From assembly GCA_964016885.1 (NCBI GenBank), contig OZ024740.1, forward strand, positions 88,164,001-88,228,000: a stretch of DNA of 64,000 bases, read 5' to 3'. Shown piece by piece: positions 1-10,200 of this stretch; position 1 is the first letter of the stretch; each line of letters opens with the position of its first letter. The notes below the pieces were generated by a model that was not told the origin of the DNA, did not search any database, and saw only the letters and a program-made list of their open reading frames with translations. The translations under genes and the position numbers were made by a program. The DNA is from Eledone cirrhosa. Taxonomy: Eukaryota.

Positions 1-12
1 AACAACAACAAC

Positions 13-54
13 ACTGACACAGCAACATGTTGTGGTAGAGATAACGGTGTCAGT
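13..54. repeat. Per-monomer dyad element: inverted repeat ACTGACAC/GTGTCAGT enclosing the palindrome CAACATGTTG
   Basis: ACTGACAC at 13-20 is the reverse complement of GTGTCAGT at 47-54. CAACATGTTG at 23-32 is a perfect 10-bp palindrome. The arrangement recurs in most monomers. Confidence 0.9.
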
Positions 55-122
55 AACACCAGTAATACAATGACATGTTGTGGTAGAAGTATGACAGTAA
101 CAACAACAACACTGACACAGCA
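25..122 (+). repeat. Representative monomer: subunit A (25-72, 48 bp) + subunit B (73-122, 50 bp), each starting ACATGTTGTGGTAGA
   Basis: The 15-mer ACATGTTGTGGTAGA is at 25-39 and 73-87, and both subunits also contain CAGTAACA. Confidence 0.95.
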
Positions 123-3100
123 ACATGCTGTGGTAGAGATAACGGTGTCAGTAACACCAGTAATACAATGACATGTTGTGGTAGAAGTATGACAGTAACA
201 ATAACAACACTGACACAGCAACATGCTGTGGTAGAGATGACGGTGTCACTAACACCAGTAATACAATGACATGTTGTGGTAGAAGTATGACAGTAACAAC
301 AACACTGACACACAACATGTTGCGGTAGAGATAAGTGTCAGTAACACCAGTAATACAATGACATATTGTGGTAGAAGTATGACAGTAACAACAACAACAC
401 TGACACAGCAACATGTTGTGGTAGAGATAACAGTGTCAGTAACACCAGTAACACAATGACATGTTGTGTTAGAAGTATGACAGTAACAACAACAACACTG
501 ACACAGCAACATGTTGTGGTAGAGATTACAGTGTCAGTAACACCAGTAACACAATGACATGTTGTGTTAGAAGTATGACAGTAACAACAACAACACTGAC
601 ACAGCAACATGTTGTGGTAGAGATAACAGTGTCAGTAACACCAGTAACACAATGACATGTTGTGTTAGAAGTATGAATGTAACAACAACAACACTGACAC
701 AGCAACATGTTGTGGTAGACATTACAGTGTCAGTAACACCAGTAACACAATGACATGTTGTGTTAGAAGTACGACAGTAACAACAACAACACTGACACAG
801 CAACATGTTGTGGTAGAGATAACAGTGTCAGTAACACCAGTAACACAATGACATGTTGTGTTAGAAGTATGACAGTAACAAGAACAACACTGACACAGCA
901 ACATGCTGTGGTAGAGATAACAGTGTCAGTAACACCAGTAATACAATGACATGTTGTGGTAGAAGTATGACAGTATCAACAACAACACTGACACATCAAC
1001 ATGTTGTGGTAGAGATAACAGAGTCAGTAACACCAGTAATACAATGACATGTTGTGGTAGAAGTATGACAGTAACAACAACAGGACTGACACAGCAACTT
1101 GTGGTAGAGATAACTGTGTCAGTAACACCAGTAATACAATGACATGTTGTGGTAGAAGTATGACAGTAACAACAACAGGACTGACACAGCAACATGGTGG
1201 GGTAGAGATTACAGCGTCACTAACACCAGCAATACGATGACATGTTGTGGTAGAAGTATGACAGTAACAACAACAACACTGACACAGCAACATGCTGTGG
1301 TAGAGATTACAGCGTCAGTAACGCCAATAATACGATGACATGTTGTGGTAGAAGTATGACAGTAACAACAACAACACTGACACAGCAACATGTTGTGGTA
1401 GAGATAACAGTGTCAGTAACACCAGTAATACAATGACATGTTGTGGTAGAAGTATGATAGTAACAACAACACTGACACAGCAACATGCTGTGGTAGAGAT
1501 TACAGTGTCAGTAACACCAGTAATACAATGACATGTTGTGGTAGAAGTATGACAGTAACAACAACAACACTGACACAGCAACATGATGTAGTAGAGATTA
1601 CAGCGTCAGTAACACCAGTAATACGATGACATGTTGTGGTAGAAGTATGACAGTAACAACAACAACACTGACACAGCAACATGTTGTGGTAGAGATAACA
1701 GTGTCAGTAACACCAGTAATACAATGACATGTTGTGGTAGAAGTATGACAATAACAACAACACTGACAGAGCAACATGCTGTGGTAGAGATAACAGTATC
1801 AGTAACACCAGTAATACAATGAAATGTTGTGGTAGAAGTATGACAGTAACAACAACACTGACACAGCAACATGCTGTGGTAGAGATAATAGTGTCAGTAA
1901 CACCAGTAATACAATGACATGTTGTGGTAGAAGTATGACAGTAACAACAACAACACTGACACAGCAACATGCTGTGATAGAGATTACAGTGTCAGTAACA
2001 CCAGTAATAGAATGACATGTTGTGGTAGAAGTATGACAGTAACAACAACAACCATGACACAGCAACATGTTGTGGTAGAAATAACAGTGTCAGTAACACC
2101 AGTAATACAATGACATGTTGTGATAGAAGTATGACAGTAACAACAACAACACTGACACAGCAACATGCTGTGGTAGAGATAACAGTGGCAGTAACACCAG
2201 TAATACAATGACATGTTGTGGTAGAAGTATGACAGTAACAACAACAACACTGACACAGCAACATGTTGTGGTAGCGATTACAGTGTCAGTAACACCAGTA
2301 ATACAATGACATGTTGTGGTAGAAGTATGACAGTAACAACAACAACACTGACACAACAACATGTTGTGGTAGAGATAACAGTGTCAGTAACACCAGTAAT
2401 ATAATGACATGTTGTGGTAGAAGTCTGACAGTAACAACAACAACACTGACACAGCAACTTGTTGTGGTAGAGATAACAGTGGCAGTAACACCAGTAATAT
2501 AATGACATGTTGTGGTAGAAGTCTGACAGTAACAACAACACTGACACAGCAACATGCTGTGATAGAGATTACAGTGTCAGTAACACCAGTAATAGAATGA
2601 CATGTTGTGGTAGAAGTATGACAGTAACAACAACACTGACACAGCAACATGCTGTGGTAGAGACAACAGTGTCAGTAACACCTGTAATACAATGGTGTGT
2701 TGTGGTAGAAGTATGACAGTAACAACAACAACCCTGACACAGCTACATGCTGTGGTAGAAATAACAGTGGCAGTAACACCAGTAATATAATGACATGTTG
2801 TGGTAGAAGTCTGACAGTAACAACAACACTGACACAGCAACATGCTGTGGTAGAGATTACAGTGCCAGTAACACCAGTAATACAATGACATGTTGTGGTA
2901 GAAGTATGACAGTAACAAAAACAACACTGACACAGCAACATGCTGTGGTAGAGATTACAGTGTCAGTAACACCAGTAATACAATGACATGTTGTGGTAGA
3001 AGTATGACAGTAACAACAACACTGACACAGCAACATGCTGTGGTAGAGATTACAGTGTCAGTAACACCAGTAATACAATGACATGTTGTGGTAGAAGTCT

Positions 3101-6100
3101 GACAGTAACAACAACACTGACACAGCAACATGCTGTGGTAGAGATTACAGTGTCAGTAACACCAGTAATACAGTGACATGTTGTGGTAGAATTATGACAG
3201 TAACAACAACGCTGACACAGCAACATGTTGTGGTAGAGATAATAGTGTCAGTAACACCAGTAATACAATGACATGTTGTGGTAGAAGTATGACAGTATCA
3301 ACAACAACACTGACACATCAACATGTTGTGGTAGAGATAACAGAGTCAGTAACACCAGTAATACAATGACATGTTGTGGTAGAAGTTTGACAGTAACAAC
3401 AACAGGACTGACACAGCAACATGTTGTGGTAGAGATAACGGTGTCAGTAACACCAGTAATACAATGACATGTTGTGGTAGAAGTATGACAGTAACAACAA
3501 CAACACTGACACATCAACATGTTGTGGTAGAGATAACAGAGTCAGTAACACCAGTAATACAATGACATGTTGTGGTAGAAGTTTGACAGTAACAACAACA
3601 GGACTGACACAGCAACATGTTGTGGTAGAGATAACGGTGTCAGTAACACCAGTAATACAATGACATGTTGAGGTAGAAGTATGACAGTAACAACAACACT
3701 GACACAGCAACATGCTGTGGTAGAGATTACAGTGTCAGTAACACCAGTAATACAATGACATGTTGTGGTAGAAGTATGACAGTAACAACAACAACACTGA
3801 CACAGCAACATGTGGTAGAGATAACGGTGTCAGTAACACCAGTAATACAATGACATGTTGTGGTAGAAGCATGACAGTAACAACAACACTGACACAGCAA
3901 CATGCTGTGGTAGAGATTACAGTGTCAGTAACACCAGTAATACAATGACATGTTGTGGTAGAAGTATGACAGTAACAACAACAACACTGACACAGCAACA
4001 TGTTGTGGTAGAGATAACAGAGTCAGTAGCACCAGTAATACAATGACATGTTGTGGTAGAAGTATGACAGTAACAACAACAACACTGACACAGCAACATG
4101 TTGTGGTAGAGATTACAGTGTCAGTAACACCAGTAATACAATGACATGTTGTGGTAGAAGTATGACAGTAACAACAACAACACTGACACAGCAACATGTG
4201 GTAGAGATAACGGTGTCAGTAACACCAGTAATACAATGACATGTTGTGGTAGAAGTATGACAGTAACAACAACAACACTGACACAGCAACATGCTGTGGT
4301 AGAAATAACGGTGTCAGTAACACCAGTAATATAATGACATGTTGTGGTAGAAGTATGACAGTAACAACAACACTGACACAGCAACATGCTGTGGTAGAGA
4401 TAACTGTGTCAGTAACACCAGTAATACAATGACATGTTGTGGTAGAACTACGACAGTAACAACAACAACACTGACACAGCAACATGTTGTGGTAGAGATT
4501 ACAGTGTCAGTAACACCAGTAATACAATGACATGTTGTGGTAGAAGTATGACAGTATCAACAACAACACTGACACATCAACATGTTGTGGTAGAGATAAC
4601 AGAGTCAGTAACACCAGTAATACAATGACATGTTGTGGTAGAAGTATGACAGTAACAACAACAGGACTGACACAGCAACATCTGGTAGAGATAACTGTGT
4701 CAGCAACACCAGTAATACAATGACATGTTGTGGTAGAAGTATGACAGTAACAACAACAACACTGACACAGCAACATGGTGGGGTAGAGATAACGGTGTCA
4801 GTAACACCAGTAATACAATGACATGTTGTGGTAGAAGTATGACAGTAACAACAACAGGACTGACACAGCAACATGGTGGGGTAGAGATTACAGCGTCACT
4901 AACACCAGTAATACGATGACATGTTGTGGTAGAAGTATGACAGTAACAACAACAACACTGACACAGCAACATGCTGTGGTAGAGATTACAGCGTCAGTAA
5001 CGCCAGTAATACGATGACATGTTGTGGTAGAAGTATGACAGTAACAACAACAACACTGACACAGCAACATGTTGTGGTAGAGATAACAGTGTCAGTAACA
5101 CCAGTAATACAATGACATGTTGTGGTAGAAGTATGATAGTAACAACAACACTGACACAGCAACATGCTGTGGTAGAGATTACAGTGTCAGTAACACCAGT
5201 AATACAATGACATGTTGTGGTAGAAGTATGACAGTAACAACAACAACACTGACACAGCAACATGCTGTGGTAGAGATTACAGTGTCAGTAACACCAGTAA
5301 TACAATGACATGTTGTGGTAGAAGTATGACAGTACCACAACAACACTGACACAGCAACATGATGTGGTAGAGATTACAGCGTCAGTAACACCAGTAATAC
5401 GATGACATGTTGTGGTAGAAGTATGACAGTAACAACAACAACACTGACACAGCAACATGTTGTGGTAGAGATAACAGTGTCAGTAACACCAGTAATACAA
5501 TGACATGTTGTGGTAGAAGTATGACAATAACAACATCACTGACAGAGCAACATGCTGTGGTAGAGATAACAGTATCAGTAACACCAGTAATACAATGAAA
5601 TGTTGTGGTAGAAGTATGACAGTAACAACAACAACACTGACACAGCAACATGCTGTGGTAGAGATTACAGTGCCAGTAACACCAGTAATACAATGACATG
5701 TTGTGGTGGAAGTATGACAGTAACAAGAACAACACTGACACAGCAACATGTTATTGTAGAGTTAACAGTGTCAGTAACACCAGTAATACACTGACATGTT
5801 GTGGTAGAAGTATGATAGTAACAACTAAAAACACTGACACAGCAACATGTTGTGGTAGAGATTACAGTGTCAGTAACACCAGTAATACAATGACATGTTG
5901 TGGTAGAAGTATGAGAGTAACAACTAAAAACACTGACACAGCAACATGTTGTGGTAGAGATTACAGTATCAGTAACACCAGTAATACAATGACATGTTGT
6001 GGTAGAAGTATGACAGTAACAACAACATTGACACAGCAACATGTTGTGGTAGAGATAACAGTGTCAGTAACACCAGTAATACAATGACATGTTGTGGTAG

Positions 6101-7599
6101 AAGTATGACAGTAACAACAAAAACACTGGCACAGCAACATGCTGTGGTAGAGATAATAGTGTCAGTAACACCAGTAATACAATGACATGTTGTGGTAGAA
6201 GTATGACAGTAACAACAACACTGACACAGCAACATGTTGTGGTAGAGATAACAGTGTAAGTAACACCAGTAATACAATGACATGTTGTGGTAGAAGTATG
6301 ACAGTAAGAACAACAACACTGACACAGCAACATGCTGTGGTAGAGATAATAGTGTCAGTAACACCAGTAATACAATGACATGTTGTGGTAGAAGTGTGAC
6401 AGTAACAACAACACTGACACAGCAACATGTTGTGGTAGAGATAACAGAGTCAGTAACACCAGTAATACAATGACATGTTGTGGTAGAAGTATGACAGTAA
6501 CAACAACAACACTGACACAGCAACATGTTGTGGTAGAGATTACAGTGTCAGTAACACCAGTAATACAATGACATATTGTGGTAGAAGTATGACAGTAACA
6601 ACAACAACACTGACACAGCAACATGTTGTGGTAGAGATAACAGTGTCAGTAACACCAGTAACACAATGACATATTGTGGTAGAAGTATGCCAGTAACAAC
6701 AACACTCACACAGCAACATGCTGCGGTAGAAATAACGGTGTCAGTAACACCAGTAATACAATGACATGTTGTGGTAGAAGTATGACAATAACAGCAACAA
6801 CACTGACACAGCAACATGTTGTGGTAGAGATAACAGTGTCAGTAACACCAGTAATACAATGACATGTTGTGGTAGAAGTATGGCAGTAACAACAACAACA
6901 CTGACACAGCAACATGTTGTGGTAGAGATTACAGTGTCAGTAACACCAGTAATTCAATGACATGTTGTGGTAGAAGTATGACAGTAACAACAACAACACT
7001 GACACAGCAACATGTCGTGGTAGAGATAACAGTGTCAGTAACACCAGTAATACAATGACATGTTGTGGTAGAAGTATGACAGTAACAACAACAACACTGA
7101 CACAGCAACATGTTGTGGTAGAGATAACGGTGTCAGTAACACCAGTAATACAATGACATGTTGTGGTAGAAGTATGACAGTAACAACAACAACACTGACA
7201 CAGCAACATGCTGTGGTAGAGATAACGGTGTCAGTAACACCAGTAATACAATGACATGTTGTGGTAGAAGTATGACAGTAACAATAACAATACTGACACA
7301 GCAACATGCTGTGGTAGAGATGACGGTGTCACTAACACCAGTAATACAATGACATGTTGTGGTAGAAGTATGACAGTAACAACAACACTGACACAGCAAC
7401 ATGCTGTGGTAGAGATAACTGTGTCAGTAACACCAGTAATACAATGACATGTTGTGGTAGAACTACAACAGTAACAACAACAACACTGACACAGCAACAT
7501 GCTGTGGTAGAGATGACGGTGTCACTAACACCAGTAATACAATGACATGTTGTGGTAGAAGTATGACAGTAACAACAACATTGACACAGCAACATGTTG

Positions 7600-10200
7600 C
7601 GGTAGAGATAAGTGTCAGTAACACCAGTAATACAATGACATATTGTGGTAGAAGTATGACAGTAACAACAACAACACTGACACAGCAACATGTTGTGGTA
7701 GAGATAACAGTGTCAGTAACACCAGTAACACAATGACATGTTGTGTTAGAAGTATGACAGTAACAACAACAACACTGACACAGCAACATGTTGTGGTAGA
7801 GATTACAGTGTCAGTAACACCAGTAACACAATGACATGTTGTGTTAGAAGTATGACAGTAACAACAACAACACTGACACAGCAACATGTTGTGGTAGAGA
7901 TAACAGTGTCAGTAACACCAGTAACACAATGACATGTTGTGTTAGAAGTATGACTGTAACAACAACAACACTGACACAGCAACATGTTGTGGTAGACATT
8001 ACAGTGTCAGTAACACCAGTAACACAATGACATGTTGTGTTAGAAGTATGACAGTAACAACAACAACACTGACACAGCAACATGTTGTGGTAGAGATAAC
8101 AGTGTCAGTAACACCAGTAACACAATGACATGTTGTGTTAGAAGTATGACAGTAACAAGAACAACACTGACACAGCAACATGCTGTGGTAGAGATAACAG
8201 TGTCAGTAACACCAGTAACACAATGACATGTTGTGTTAGAAGTATGACAGTAATAACAACAACACTGACACAGCAACATGCTGTGGTAGAGATAACAGAG
8301 TCAGTAACACCAGTAATACAATGACATGTTGTGGTAGAAGTTTGACAGTAACAACAACAGGACTGACACAGCAACATGTTGTGGTAGAGATAACGGTGTC
8401 AGTAACACCAGTAATACAATGACATGTTGTGGTAGAAGTATGACAGTAACAACAACACTGACACAGCAACATGCTGTGGTAGAGATTACAGTGTCAGTAA
8501 CACCAGTAATACAATGACTTGTTGTGGTAGAAGTATGACAGTAACAACAACAACACTGACACAGCAACATGTGGTAGAGATAACGGTGTCAGTAACACCA
8601 GTAATACAATGACATGTTGTGGTAGAAGTATGACAGTAACAACAACACTGACACAGCAACATGCTGTGGTAGAGATTACAGTGTCAGTAACACCAGTAAT
8701 ACAATGACATGTTGTGGTAGAAGTATGACAGTAACAACAACAACACTGACACAGCAACATGTTGTGGTAGAGATAACGGTGTCAGTAACACCAGTAATAC
8801 AATGACATGTTGTGGTAGAAGTATGACAGTAACAACAACAACACTGACACAGCAACATGCTGTGGTAGAGATAACGGTGTCAGTAACACCAGTAATACAA
8901 TGACATGTTGTGGTAGAAGTATGACAGTAACAATAACAACACTGACACAGCAACATGCTGTGGTAGAGATGACGGTGTCACTAACACCAGTAATACAATG
9001 ACATGTTGTGGTAGAAGTATGACAGTAACAACAACACTGACACACAACATGTTGCGGTAGAGATAAGTGTCAGTAACACCAGTAATACAATGACATATTG
9101 TGGTAGAAGTATGACAGTAACAACAACAACACTGACACAGCAACATGTTGTGGTAGAGATAACAGTGTCAGTAACACCAGTAACACAATGACATGTTGTG
9201 TTAGAAGTATGACAGTAACAACAACAACACTGACACAGCAACATGTTGTGGTAGAGATTACAGTGTCAGTAACACCAGTAACACAATGACATGTTGTGTT
9301 AGAAGTATGACAGTAACAACAACAACACTGACACAGCAACATGTTGTGGTAGAGATAACAGTGTCAGTAACACCAGTAACACAATGACATGTTGTGTTAG
9401 AAGTATGAATGTAACAACAACAACACTGACACAGCAACATGTTGTGGTAGACATTACAGTGTCAGTAACACCAGTAACACAATGACATGTTGTGTTAGAA
9501 GTACGACAGTAACAACAACAACACTGACACAGCAACATGTTGTGGTAGAGATAACAGTGTCAGTAACACCAGTAACACAATGACATGTTGTGTTAGAAGT
9601 ATGACAGTAACAAGAACAACACTGACACAGCAACATGCTGTGGTAGAGATAACAGTGTCAGTAACACCAGTAACACAATGACATGTTCTGTTAGAAGTAT
9701 GACAGTAATAACAACAACACTGACACAGCAACATGCTGTGGTAGAGATAACAGAGTCAGTAACACCAGTAATACAATGACATGTTGTGGTAGAAGTTTGA
9801 CAGTAACAACAACAGGACTGACACAGCAACATGTTGTGGTAGAGATAACGGTGTCAGTAACACCAGTAATACAATGACATGTTGTGGTAGAAGTATGACA
9901 GTAACAACAACACTGACACAGCAACATGCTGTGGTAGAGATTACAGTGTCAGTAACACCAGTAATACAATGACATGTTGTGGTAGAAGTATGACAGTAAC
10001 AACAACAACACTGACACAGCAACATGTGGTAGAGATAACGGTGTCAGTAACACCAGTAATACAATGACATGTGGTAGAAGTATGACAGTAACAACAACAC
10101 TGACACAGCAACATGCTGTGGTAGAGATTACAGTGTCAGTAACACCAGTAATACAATGACATGTTGTGGTAGAAGTATGACAGTAACAACAACAACACTG
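7600..10200. repeat. Higher-order duplication, period 1455 bp (15 monomers), slightly diverged
   Basis: Matching variant series at a constant offset: ORFs 7615/9070, 8040/9495, 8301/9756, 8494/9949. Confidence 0.8.

Noticed and set aside
23-80. p53-like half-sites (CAACATGTTG, TGACATGTTG), RUNX-like TGTGGT and MEIS/TGIF-like TGACAG
   Set aside because: The matches are short or imperfect (8/10 to RRRCWWGYYY, half-sites ~40 bp apart), the host is unknown, and such hits are expected by chance.
429-445. RSS/Transib-like heptamer (ACAGTG)
   Set aside because: It lacks the essential CAC start (AACAGTG or TACAGTG), and there is no ACAAAAACC nonamer at 12/23 spacing.
464-475. Telomere-like TTAG/TGTGG motifs and G-quadruplex potential
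   Set aside because: There are no tandem telomeric units, and G-runs of three or more are rare and isolated.
5698-6087. Plus-strand Thr/Ser-rich, mucin-like ORFs
   Set aside because: The plus strand has several stops per monomer. These ORFs exist only at frameshifted monomers.
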